64,000 nucleotides of DNA from Macrostomum hystrix (taxonomy: Eukaryota; Animalia; Platyhelminthes). Positions within the stretch are counted from its first letter, which is position 1. Each line of letters opens with the position of its first letter. This document shows, piece after piece, positions 1 through 9,993 of this stretch. Under the pieces are notes generated by a model, which saw only the letters and a program-made list of their open reading frames with translations, ran no database searches and was not told where the DNA came from. Both the position numbers and the translations under genes were made by a program. The stretch spans positions 2,790,001 to 2,854,000 of the forward strand of contig CATNEN010000001.1 in assembly GCA_950097015.1 (NCBI GenBank). The letters run 5' to 3'.

Positions 1-88
1 GCAGGTAAGTTTTGCTATTGCTGCTTGTAGGAGTAGATCACCTGTGTAGCCTACGATTCTCTTGCATTTTCCTGCCCATTCCACACAG

Positions 89-868
89 ATCGGCTCTGGG
101 TTGGCTGATCAGTCGGACGACACCGTCCGCGTTCCTGCCGAGATTGTCATTTCGGCGGAGGCGCCGCTTTCCGAGCTGATCCAGTTCGTGTACCCTTCGT
201 TCGAGGCGTCAGAGGAGCGCGATAGGTACTTTGCCAGCCGAGCCATCCTGGCGCCCTACAACGATGCGGTTGACGCGATCAACAACGAGTGCCTGGCCAT
301 GTTCCCAGGCCAACTGCGCGAGTATCGCTCAGTGGACAGCGTGGCTGACGAGGATGCGGCCACGCACTTTCCTCCGGAGCTGCTGAATCAGCTGGATGCA
401 CCGAATTTCCCTGCCCACCTTCTGAAGCTCAAGGTGGGCATGCCGCTGGTTCTGCTGCGGAATCTGAATCCGCCACGGCTGTGCAACGGCACCCGGCTGA
501 TCATCCTGGAGCTGGGCGAGAATGTGCTGCGCTGCAAAGTCGCTGCCGGCCAGTTCACTGGAGATGAAATCCTGCTGCCGCGGATTCCTCTACAGCCCAA
601 CAATGCTGACCTGCCAGTCTGCTTCAGGCGGCTGCAGTTCCCGGTGAAGCCCAGCTTTTGCCTGACGATTCACAAGTGTCAGGGGCAGAGCCTGGAGACA
701 GTCGGCATCGACCTGGCGGTTGGATGCTTTGCGCACGGCCAGTTATATACTGCGCTGTCTCGAGCGAAAAATGTAGCAAACGTCCGGGTCCGGTTGTCTG
801 GAACCACGACCAGGAACGTTGTCTACCCAGAGGTGCTCACAGGAGAATATATTCGGTTTGAATCTTAA
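89..868 (+). CDS. Helitron PIF1-type helicase, last exon (C-terminal part of RepHel)
   Basis: Motifs RAILAPYND, LKVGMPLVLLRNLNPPRLCNGTRL, RLQFPVKPSFCLTIHKCQGQSL and HGQLYTALSR. It is preceded by a phase-0 intron 5..88 (cag|gtaagt...cacacag|atc) that restores QIGSG. Confidence 0.92.
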   Translation: MGSGLADQSDDTVRVPAEIVISAEAPLSELIQFVYPSFEASEERDRYFASRAILAPYNDAVDAINNECLAMFPGQLREYRSVDSVADEDAATHFPPELLNQLDAPNFPAHLLKLKVGMPLVLLRNLNPPRLCNGTRLIILELGENVLRCKVAAGQFTGDEILLPRIPLQPNNADLPVCFRRLQFPVKPSFCLTIHKCQGQSLETVGIDLAVGCFAHGQLYTALSRAKNVANVRVRLSGTTTRNVVYPEVLTGEYIRFES

Positions 869-921
869 TGACAATTTTATTGTACAAAGGACCGAAAAGA
901 ACGTTTTGAATGCACCTCGTT

Positions 922-1838
922 TTATTAAAGTCACATTGAGTCTCAGTGAAGTATTTTTGCCCGGATGATTCACTGAGTAAATCCTACTATTTAAGGGTAG
1001 GTCGCTGCAAATCAGATTATGGGCTGACAGAGAGTCTGTGAACTGTACATATCAGCTGCTTTATGTACTGCTGGAGGTTCCAAACTCTGATAAATGGGAT
1101 TTGCAGCTGGCGAGCTCTGAAGCAGCTATTATGCAGAGCTGGTGAAAGTGACTTTGTGTGTAATGGTGTCTGCATGAATGTCCCATTGCATATACCCAAT
1201 GCATGCAACTATCGCAGTGAAGCGAGTCAGGCAGTAGTCAGAATGACTTGAGTTATCAGTGCCTCTGTTGCACCAGTCTCTGGCTACTGCTTGATGGTTT
1301 TACCTGCTTAATCGACAGTTCCTACTGCCCCATAACTGCTTTTTAAGTGCAATTATTACATGTTATTTTTTAAATAAAAAATATAATTGATTATAGTGCA
1401 AGGTAGCCATAATAACATTTTGTAGTCCCTCTTGCAGCAAGGGCAGATGGTTGCATTATTTTAATTATTTTAAAGATTCCTGTTTTCCTAACTTTTTGGT
1501 GCATTGAAATAAATAAAAGTGTATAAAATTAATTCCGGGTTCAGTTTGAAACTTATTGCATGCTTATTTATATAAATTAAATCAATGTTCATAATTAGGA
1601 AAAGAAAATCTTTGACTAGCAAACAGAGAATGTAAAACAAAAAAAGCACTGTCAGTTGGGCAGACGCTTCAGCAAAGTGCATTACATATCGTCGGGTATA
1701 CATTGCATTGTAAGCCAGATTGAAGGCTACTTTGTTTGCCAGTTGACACCAACAATTGTCAAGCATTTTGCATATGGAAGAGGAATAAAATGGTTCTATT
1801 CAGCAAAAGTGATTACTTACTTGCAGAACATTACATGT
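922..1838 (+). repeat. ~0.9 kb direct repeat, copy 1 (after helicase stop)
   Basis: Near-identical to 11158-12058 (ttattaaagtcacattgag ... gaacattacatgt), with few substitutions and indels. Confidence 0.95.
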
Positions 1839-2704
1839 ATAAAGGGGAAAGGTTGCGCGCAAAAAAGGGGAATATTACCGTGCTTATTTGGTGTGGCATG
1901 GCAAAGACGCAACAATTTAAAACATAAGCATACAAAATACACCAGTGTCTGATATTCAGGCGTCATAAAGACTTTCAAAATAGTATCTGAACATTGAAGC
2001 CTTAATAAAGCATTCTCCATTAGCTACACAGTAATATAAAAATATAATTGATTATAGTGCAAGGTAGCTATAATAACATTTTATACAGTCTCAGCAAGGG
2101 CCTGAGATAAAAGTACACTGATTAAATGATACCCACAAACTGAGTTAAGCGTACAATGAGACTATAGACCATTCAAATAGTGACTATTCATTTCACGACT
2201 GGCTGCGGGGGGCTGAGGGCCAGTTTTAGCCGGCAGCCAATCAGAAACGAGGGCGTTTAGTAGTAATTGGATGAGCTGGTTTGGAATGGTAGAATATGCA
2301 ATACGGAATATATCTGGAAAATTCCAGAAACCAGTAAGCCCCTTAAAACCCGTGAGTCTAGCGCAGACATGCTGGACTGGTATTTAAAGTTATAAGTTTC
2401 ATACCCAAGACTAGAGAGACAGACGATCAACAACAACAATCATCAAGACGATCATCAAGCAATCTGACTTCAAGCAAGTATGCACATTAATAACTACTTC
2501 TCGAGCGGCGGGCCAGGGAGAGGCGGTCGACGTCGCACCGGACCCCGGGGCGGTCCAGCCGCAGGATGCTACTTCTGCGGTGGGCCGCACCGGGTCATCC
2601 GGTGCGACCGTATGAGGGCCGTCGCCCTGGCCCTCCAGCAGGAGGAGGGGCAGCAGCAGCCGCCACCGCAGCAGCAGCAGCCGCCGCCGCAGCAGCAGCA
2701 GCAG

Positions 2705-2821
2705 CCCGTCGCTCCAATCGGGGCGAATGACCAAGGCAGATCAGCGCCGGTCATGGTCAAGGACACCGCCTCTTCGTGGCGACCCGGATGGTCAGCCGTT
2801 GCTGACCGTGCCAAGGTGTCC
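2705..2821 (+). ncRNA. Candidate HDV-like self-cleaving ribozyme at LINE 5' end
   Basis: P2 ggacacc(2761-67)/ggtgtcc(2815-21); P3 gcc/ggc around L3 tcttcgt; P4 atggtcagc/gctgaccgt; J4/2 gccaa. P1 3' strand gacccgg pairs with ccg(2706-08)+ggtc(2755-58). Confidence 0.65.
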
Positions 2822-2824
2822 AGC

Positions 2825-5800
2825 ATGTGGCAAACACCTCTCCCAGCGCGCGCCCATTTCTGCGGCGCGGCTGCGGGCCGGGGTGGCGGGCTCGGTCTCC
2901 AGAGCCTTCCCGTCGTTATTTTCTGCCTGTGGCTGTGTCTCCTTTCGCTGCTCGCCGGCGACCTCGAACTCAACCCTGGGCCCATTGGCAACTGCGACAC
3001 GTGCGGTCGGCCGATCCGCAATGGCTCCAACCCTTTGCTCTGCTCCGCGACCAACTGTCACAGCATGTGTCATGGTCAATCTGGCTGCAGCGGCCTCAGG
3101 CGGCATCAGCGCGACAAGTCCTGGACCTGCAGGGCGCATAGCACCCCATCCGCTGCCTCGCCTCCGGTCGCTCCGCGGCCAAGGGATGCACTTTCCGCGA
3201 ATGACTCTGATGGCACTCACACCATGCGGTGCTGTCAGTGCCGTAAGCAGATACGCTCTGGCACGGTGCCACTCAGGTGCGCCACGAGTGGCTGCGCGGC
3301 GCTTTGTCACCGAACCACGGCGTGCAGTGGAGTACCGCGTTATCGGGGGTGTCCGGGCTGGCTTTGCCCCACTCACCTGCCGGCGGCCCCGAATCGGCGC
3401 TCTGTGGCCGGTCGCCCTCTCGATCAGCTTACGCGCCCCGGCCGGCCCACAGCCCCGCCCCCGCAGGCGACCAGCAGCTGCGCCGGCTGCAACCGCAAAC
3501 TGCGCCCGAATCTCGACCCTATTGTGTGCAGGGGCTGTGCGGCCATGTTCCATAAGTCGTGCTCGGGCTTGCCTCGCTCGGCGGCAGATCAAGCTGCGCT
3601 CCGCGCCAGTTGGTACTGCTCCCTCTGCGCCCAAAGGCCCATTTCACCTGCTGGGCAACCGACGCCGACCATCCACAAATTGCGCCCTAGCGGCCGTGTG
3701 CACTCTCTTCAAGTCCTGCAGTGGAACGCGGACGGGATCCTCCATCGCGTCGCGGAATTGGCAGAACGGCTTCTACAGTGCAGGGTGGACATTGCCCTTA
3801 TTCAAGAGTCTAAATTACGTCCACAAGACCCCACCCCACGCTTTCCTGGTTTCGCCTGCGTTCGGGTTGATAGGCAAGCGGCGGATGGGGGAGGCGGCCT
3901 GCTCACGCTGGTGCGGGAACACCTGGCCTTCAAACAAATCCCGGTTGCCACTCGGAAGCCGGTGGAACTCAGCAGGATCGACATTGTGCTCAGCTCTGTG
4001 AAGCACGTCATTATTGACAATGTGTACGTACCACCGGTCCGGGCTCCCGGCGAAAATGCTCAGCTACTGTGGCAGAGCCTCCCCTCCGGCCAGGATCTTC
4101 TGTGCGGAGACTTCAATGGCCACTCAGGAGTCTGGGACTCCATCCAACCGGCGGACGACCGTGGCGACGCCCTACTCGACTGGTGCACCGGCGCCGGCCT
4201 GGACATCCTCAACGACGGTTCGCCCACCAGAATCAACCGCGGTACCGGGGGCCAGAGCTCCCCAGACGTCTCTTTTTGCCGCTCCTCTTGGTTCTCGGCC
4301 TCTAGCTGGTGCACCTTAGACGACCTCGGTTCGGACCATCTCCCGATCAGTCTTCGCTTCCGTTGTACGGCCTCTTCGGTCGCGGTGAGCCCGCGTCTGG
4401 AATGGCGGCGAACGGGCATCGACTGGGTGGCCTTCTCGGCTGATGTAGAGCAACAGGTAGCGTCCTTCAAGCCCGCGGAGGTGTCGTTCAAAGGTCGTGT
4501 CAAGCGTCTCTCTAACGCCATTGTCGCGGCGGCTCACCGTCACGTCGGTAAGACCCGTGTCAAACGCAGGACCGGACCACAGCTGTCCCAGCAAGCGAGG
4601 GAAGCCGTCCGGCGCCGCAACCGTCTTCGTAAGGAGGTCGGCACCCGGCGCCAGGAATGGCTCCAGGCGGCATCCGAAGCAGCCAGCCTCACCCGTCAGA
4701 GCAAGGAAGAAAGCTGGCGCCAATTCCTGGCCGACACCGATTTCTGCCACGACGCTTCGCGCGCCTGGCGCCTCATCCGCAGCCTGAACGGAACTCCGGA
4801 CGATAACGCGTCGAATGAAGCCCTCTGTCACCATGGCAAGGCCTACTGCGACAGTGCAGCCAAGGCGGAAATCTTCGCGAAGCACTATGCCGGGGTCAAC
4901 AGGCTCACTTTCAGCAAAGAAGACAGGTCTTTCAATCGCTCTGTCAAGCAGTCGCTGCGCGCTCTGGACCCCGGGGACGAGAGCTGCTGTCCGTTCTCAG
5001 AGCGCGAACTCGAGGCGGCGCTGGCGCAACAACGCCCATTCGGAGCTGCCGGACCGGACGACATCTCGCCGAGGTTCCTGAAGGCGCTCGGCCCGAAAGC
5101 CCGCACGGAGCTGCTTGATGTCTTCAACCAATCCTGGAGCCAAGGCCTCTGCGCCCAAGCGTGGCGCAACGCCAACATCATCCCGCTGCTAAAAAAGGGC
5201 AAATCAGCCGGTGACTTGGCTTCCTTCCGGCCAGTCAGCTTGACGTCGTGCATGGTCAAGATTCTCGAACGCCTCATTGTCACCCGCCTCAGTCACCTGG
5301 CGGAGTCGCGAGGCTGGATCTCGCCGCAGCAGGCTGGTTTCCGCAGGCTGCGCAGCTGCGAGGACCTCATTCTTGCGGCGGTGCAGCGCATTAGCGATGG
5401 CTTTCAACACCAACCCATGCTGAGGACTTTGATGGCCCTCCTAGATTTCAGCAAGGCTTATGACAAAGTCTGGATTCAACGGCTTCTCGCCACTCTCCTC
5501 AACAAAGGCGTCCCGGGACCATTCGTTCGCTGGGTCAACGCTTTCCTTTCTAACCGTCAGGCTAGAGTGTGCATTAACGGCGTCCACAGTCGCTTTTATC
5601 GGATGCGCCAAGGCCTACCGCAGGGTTCTGTCATCGCGCCTCTTCTGTTCGTCCTTTTTCTGGACCCAGTGGTGCGCACCATTCCGGCTGAGGTGAGCCC
5701 GTTGCTTTACGCGGATGACATCGCTCTCCAATGCCAGCATCGCTGCGCGGCCACCGCTCTTGCGCACCTTCAGTTTGCCGTGGACAAGGTGGCTGACTGG

Positions 5801-7399
5801 AGCAAGGCCAACAAGATGGCGCTGAACCCGCTCAAGAGCGAGTGCGCTTTTTTCTCGACTAATACCCACGAGGCGTCCTTCAAACCGCAAATTCAGCTGT
5901 GTGGCAGCACGATCCCGTTTAACGATAGCCCACGGTTCCTGGGCGTCTACCTCGACCGCACCCTCGCCTTCACCAAGCAGGTGAACGAGGTTTGCCGCGC
6001 TATGGACAGCCGCTGTCGCCTCCTGGCCTGTCTCGCTGCGCGCTCCTGGGGCTGGCCGAAGGAGAGTCTCCTCCGCACGTTCAAGGCGATGCAACTTAGC
6101 CTGCTGACCTACGCCGCTGCTGCCTGGCAACCGTGGCTCAGCGACTCCGCCATTAAGCAACTCCAGCGGGCTCAAAACAGAGCTCTCCGCATCGTCACCG
6201 GCCAACTTCGCAGCACCCCGACGGATGCTCTTCACCTGGAGGCAGGCGTCTGCACGGTCGCCACGCTACGGGATCAACTCTGCCTCATTGCCTACGAAAA
6301 AGCGATGCGCCTGCCGCATGATCACCCGCGCTACCTGGCCGCGTCCGCTCAGGTGCCGCACCGATCCGTCAGGAGCAGCTGGCGCCACAGAGCGCAGCAG
6401 CTTCTGGCAAGCACGTCGGGCCTCCTGGCAATCCGCGATCCTCTTCCCCCTGTGTCGCAGTGCCCGTGGAGCGACAGCCGCGCCCTAGCGCCCATTCACC
6501 TCGAGCTCTCGCGGCCCCCTCCCAACGAGCCCGAGGAGTCGGACCCCGGCAATGACACGCAGCTTCGTTTGGCGGCCGAGGACACGATCCGCAGCGCAGC
6601 CGCGGCGCTAGTGATGTTTACTGATGGCTCGGCGGGCGGCGGCGTCAGCAACGGCGGAGCAGCTTGCGTGGTCACCCGGGGCGACCCTGCCGCCCCGGAG
6701 GTCCTGGAGGTCCTCTCCAGCAGAGGAGCGGCGGCGACCTGCAGCTTCGACGAGGAGCGCCGCGCCCTCGGCCTGGCCTTTGCCTGGCTAGCCGGGCGGC
6801 CCGTTAATGGCCCCATTCTCATTTGCACCGACAGCCGTGCACTGCTTGCCGCCCTCTCCAACTCCAGGCCGTCCGGCGGTCTTCCGAAGACGCCCGCCGG
6901 CCTGACGATCGAACTGCAGTGGGTCCCGGCTCACTGCGGCCTTCGCGGCAACGAGTTGGCGGACGCAGCTGCCAAGCTGGCGGCGTTCTCCGGCGCGGTC
7001 TCTGCGGCGGTGTCGCTGGCCGGCGCAGCGGCGTTTATCCGGCGAACCATTTGCGATCCGCCCATCGGCCGCACCATCACTTCGGATGTCTACAGAGGCC
7101 TCAACCGGGAGCGGGACCGTGCCGAAATCACCAGCCGGCAGGATGCTGTGCTGCTTGCCCAGCTGCGCTCCGGCCATTGCAGCAGGCTGCACGCTTATGG
7201 CTGCATAGTCAATCCGTTGGCGGACCCGACCTGCCCGCATTGCCAGGACGAGCCGCAGGACTTGCAGCACTGGCTGCGGTGCCCGGCTCTTCGCCCGGCT
7301 CGCATAGACATTTTCGACGGAGAAGATAACATCCCTCTGGAGACCCTGACCGTCGCCCCGGCGAGGTCGTTGGCGCTGGCGAGGAGGAGCCTCTTCTGA
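2825..7399 (+). CDS. LINE polyprotein: 2A peptide, 3 PHD fingers, AP endonuclease, reverse transcriptase, RNase H, C-terminal Cys/His knuckle (1524 aa from ATG 2825)
   Basis: Motifs LQWNADG, IQESKL, GDFNGH, SDHLPI (APE); QGSVIAP and YADD (RT); FTDGS, TDS, WVPAHCGLRGNELAD (RNase H); CPHC...HWLRCP. No stops. Confidence 0.95.
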   Translation: MWQTPLPARAHFCGAAAGRGGGLGLQSLPVVIFCLWLCLLSLLAGDLELNPGPIGNCDTCGRPIRNGSNPLLCSATNCHSMCHGQSGCSGLRRHQRDKSWTCRAHSTPSAASPPVAPRPRDALSANDSDGTHTMRCCQCRKQIRSGTVPLRCATSGCAALCHRTTACSGVPRYRGCPGWLCPTHLPAAPNRRSVAGRPLDQLTRPGRPTAPPPQATSSCAGCNRKLRPNLDPIVCRGCAAMFHKSCSGLPRSAADQAALRASWYCSLCAQRPISPAGQPTPTIHKLRPSGRVHSLQVLQWNADGILHRVAELAERLLQCRVDIALIQESKLRPQDPTPRFPGFACVRVDRQAADGGGGLLTLVREHLAFKQIPVATRKPVELSRIDIVLSSVKHVIIDNVYVPPVRAPGENAQLLWQSLPSGQDLLCGDFNGHSGVWDSIQPADDRGDALLDWCTGAGLDILNDGSPTRINRGTGGQSSPDVSFCRSSWFSASSWCTLDDLGSDHLPISLRFRCTASSVAVSPRLEWRRTGIDWVAFSADVEQQVASFKPAEVSFKGRVKRLSNAIVAAAHRHVGKTRVKRRTGPQLSQQAREAVRRRNRLRKEVGTRRQEWLQAASEAASLTRQSKEESWRQFLADTDFCHDASRAWRLIRSLNGTPDDNASNEALCHHGKAYCDSAAKAEIFAKHYAGVNRLTFSKEDRSFNRSVKQSLRALDPGDESCCPFSERELEAALAQQRPFGAAGPDDISPRFLKALGPKARTELLDVFNQSWSQGLCAQAWRNANIIPLLKKGKSAGDLASFRPVSLTSCMVKILERLIVTRLSHLAESRGWISPQQAGFRRLRSCEDLILAAVQRISDGFQHQPMLRTLMALLDFSKAYDKVWIQRLLATLLNKGVPGPFVRWVNAFLSNRQARVCINGVHSRFYRMRQGLPQGSVIAPLLFVLFLDPVVRTIPAEVSPLLYADDIALQCQHRCAATALAHLQFAVDKVADWSKANKMALNPLKSECAFFSTNTHEASFKPQIQLCGSTIPFNDSPRFLGVYLDRTLAFTKQVNEVCRAMDSRCRLLACLAARSWGWPKESLLRTFKAMQLSLLTYAAAAWQPWLSDSAIKQLQRAQNRALRIVTGQLRSTPTDALHLEAGVCTVATLRDQLCLIAYEKAMRLPHDHPRYLAASAQVPHRSVRSSWRHRAQQLLASTSGLLAIRDPLPPVSQCPWSDSRALAPIHLELSRPPPNEPEESDPGNDTQLRLAAEDTIRSAAAALVMFTDGSAGGGVSNGGAACVVTRGDPAAPEVLEVLSSRGAAATCSFDEERRALGLAFAWLAGRPVNGPILICTDSRALLAALSNSRPSGGLPKTPAGLTIELQWVPAHCGLRGNELADAAAKLAAFSGAVSAAVSLAGAAAFIRRTICDPPIGRTITSDVYRGLNRERDRAEITSRQDAVLLAQLRSGHCSRLHAYGCIVNPLADPTCPHCQDEPQDLQHWLRCPALRPARIDIFDGEDNIPLETLTVAPARSLALARRSLF
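2960..2983 (+). other. 2A-like ribosomal skipping motif DLELNPGP
   Basis: Matches the DxExNPGP consensus and lies just before the PHD fingers. Confidence 0.85.
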
Positions 7400-9233
7400 G
7401 GGCCTCTTCGGCGCCCGTGCCCACAAACAACAACAACAACAACAGCAGCAGCAGCCGCCAACGGAGCGGCAAGCGCAGCGGTCGTCAGGTAGCGCAGCGA
7501 ACCTGGCAGCATCGGTTGCCCGAATGGGCCTAACGGCCCAGTCAGGTCCGCCGCCTCCACCGCCGCCTCCACCGCCGCCGCCGGCTGCCGCCGCGGCGGG
7601 AAAAAAGAAATGAAATGAATTTATTTAAAATTGCAACTCCATAAAAAAGTGATGTAACGTTTCAGAATCGGATAACTACAAGTGTAAGAATTATGGATTC
7701 AATCGAAATTAAAACTAGCCGAAATTAAATCATGTTAAGAAGACGAAAATCTAATATTTTGTCTTTATTTGTCTAATCTAATATCTGTCACAGTTATTCA
7801 AAACTAAGACTGTTTTGTTGATGAGATGCTTACATGTCATGTCACTTCAGACCCTTTTATACTGTAGTAAAGTAGTTTTTCTATACATATCGGTCGATGT
7901 ATTGAATTCGGGTCATTTTATGGACAAAAAATTACTGATCATTGCAAGTATAGGTTTTTAATTATTCTAAAATAAATTTCTTGGAATTTATAAAACAACA
8001 TTTCTTTTGAATGTATTTTGTATGTTGAGTTATTGGAAACAAGGATTTATTGTTATTTCTTATTTTCTCCGCTTTGTTTAAAGATTCGTTCATATCGACA
8101 TTACGTATAAGTAGTACTTGCTCTCCTCCGTGTCTAGATTTAATTCGGTTTAAGAGACCTCTTGAGACAGCTCAATGAGAATTATTGTGCCTTGTTGTCA
8201 AAGCGAAATTTGAACAGAGAAATTCAATAGGAGAATAGGAGAAAGCATTAAAACTCTACTGTTGACCACTTGTGAAAAGTACTGTAAGCTAATAAACACA
8301 CTTTGCTAGCAATTCAAGAAACAAAGAACAAAGAAGTAATTTATGTACTTCAAGTTAATTATTGTCAGCTATTAGACAAAAGTATATAACCCAGACAGAC
8401 AGACAGAGTGATAGACAGACAGACTATAGCGCATTAAGTTTAGTGTGTGTTGCTTCTCGGTTTGATGTCTCACTCTTCTTCTTTCGATCGTAAGTCCAAG
8501 CTGTAGTCTTCTGTAGTAGTCTAGCAGTGTATTCGCTGTGTCGATGACATGAACGCAATAACTAAGTATGACTATCGACTCTTTCAAGTAAGGCTAATGA
8601 TCTATAACTATTCTAGATCGGAAACTACTGCGATCAGAGTTTAAGTCAGGAACTAACGCGGAAAGCAATGTCTTATGGATTAAAGTGCAATACTAACGGA
8701 GCTCGAGTCTTAGCTCTCAAAATCCGCGGGTGCCGGGCAGCTCCCGCGCCCCGCTCCATCTTATATAATGTGCTCAAACCCCTCTTTTCCGAGGGGATGG
8801 AAAAGCCTTAGCAACAGAGCGCAAGAGAATTTGTGAAGAGTGGGGTCGCAGCCCCGAGTTTAGTACAGCGCAAAGAATTGGATTACTCGGTTGGCAGGCA
8901 CACCAAACCCGGTCCTAAGGACGGTGGGGCAAAGGCCTAAAAACTCATCTCCAGATAGAGTCCAGGCCGGCTCCGCCTCCTCCCGTGGTCACGGGGTCCG
9001 ATGTCTGCCTTCGGTCGATTCTCCTCCCACCAGTCTCCCCCGCTGGCCGGTTCGGGCCGGTTCCGATTTTGCTGTCAGACCGGGTCGTGTTTGCGCTGAA
9101 ATGAATGGGTGGGTTTCGGGGCGTGTCCACGTCTAACCTGTCTGCTTTCAGTTGCTTGGCCTCTAGGCTATTGCTATTTTTAGCCTACCTCCTAGAGCTC
9201 TCTCGAGTTCCTTTCAGATTTCTAAGTCTTATA

Positions 9234-9322
9234 CAGACAGACAGAAAGACAGACAGACAGAGAGACAGATGGACAGACAGACATACAGATCGACAGACAG
9301 ACAGACAGTTAGAAAGACAGAT

Positions 9323-9403
<81 letters not shown>

Positions 9404-9460
9404 CCCAGCACAGACAGACAGACAGACAGATGGACAGACAGTCAGACAGACAGATGGATG
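9234..9460. repeat. (GACA)n microsatellite
   Basis: Visible directly. A shorter tract lies at 8392-8424. Confidence 0.95.
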
Positions 9461-9505
9461 GACGAATGGACATATACATATATACGAGTATATTGGTATA
9501 TTAGA
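9234..9505 (-). mobile_element. Possible 5' end of a non-autonomous Helitron
   Basis: The minus strand reads A|TCTAATATACC... followed by (TCTG)n, the usual layout of invertebrate non-autonomous Helitron 5' ends. No 3' end found. Confidence 0.35.
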
Positions 9506-9755
9506 TAATACGTGGAGCAGTGAGTCACGCCCATAAAGCATATAGCACATTTACACTCCGTAAATTATAGCCGTACCCAACGGTGGGTACGGCTCAGTGA
9601 CTCATTGGAATTTCAGAGGCGGGTTAGACTTTTGAAAATGGATAGTTTCGTCAAACGTAAGCCGACTGGAATACCCTAGGGATTACAGCCATTGCAAAAT
9701 TGGTTTTGAATTGAATAGCAGTTCAGTAAGCGTGATTCAGCAGTCGACCATTTTT

Positions 9756-9880
9756 TTTCAACCAATCAGAATTAGGGGACACACAAACCGACCCTGTGAA
9801 TGTAAGTCACAACGCAGGTTTCAACCAATCAGAATTAGGGGACACACAAACCGACCCTGTGAATATAAGTCACAACGCAG
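9756..9880 (+). promoter_or_regulatory. Two 61-bp tandem repeats each carrying a CCAAT box, upstream of RPA-like gene
   Basis: caaccaatcagaattaggggacacacaaaccgaccctgtgaa occurs twice, ending ~115 bp before ATG 9994. Confidence 0.55.
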
Positions 9881-9993
9881 GCTTTCATATGGGAACTCCT
9901 AACTACTCAGCTAGACTCAACGTAAGTTTAAGTTACATTATTTACATTTGTACTTTGATATTGTCGCTTATTTTTCCTTCTATCTCACTTACC

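Larger units (their letters stand above)
2705..7442 (+). mobile_element. Full-length non-LTR retrotransposon, Ingi/I-group-like
   Basis: Starts with CCC and has a (CAA)n tail ending at 7442. TSD cagcagcagcag at 2693-2704 and 7443-7454. Single ORF with APE, RT and RNase H. Confidence 0.9.
2480..7613 (+). pseudogene. Small RGG/zinc-knuckle/poly-Q-Pro gene (127 aa when 2480-2704 is joined to 7455-7613), interrupted by the LINE
   Basis: MHINNYF...GRGGRRR...CYFCGGPHRVIRC (CCHC-type). Removing the LINE and one TSD continues the frame to PPPPAAAAAGKKK*. Upstream CCAAT (~2238) and TATTTAAA (2381). Confidence 0.7.

Noticed and set aside
1210-1240. Degenerate Helitron 3' end (cgcagtgaagcg...gtag)
   Set aside because: The hairpin is weak and there is no CTRR.
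2480-7399. 1639-aa ORF as the native LINE protein with a gag-like N-terminal knuckle
   Set aside because: The TSD and downstream continuation show that the first 75 aa belong to the target gene. The LINE begins at 2705.
2569-7572. Many overlapping and antisense ORFs across the LINE
   Set aside because: These are shadow frames of GC-rich coding DNA with no motifs.
9105-9550. QTDR / VCLS repeat proteins
   Set aside because: They are translations of the (GACA)n microsatellite.
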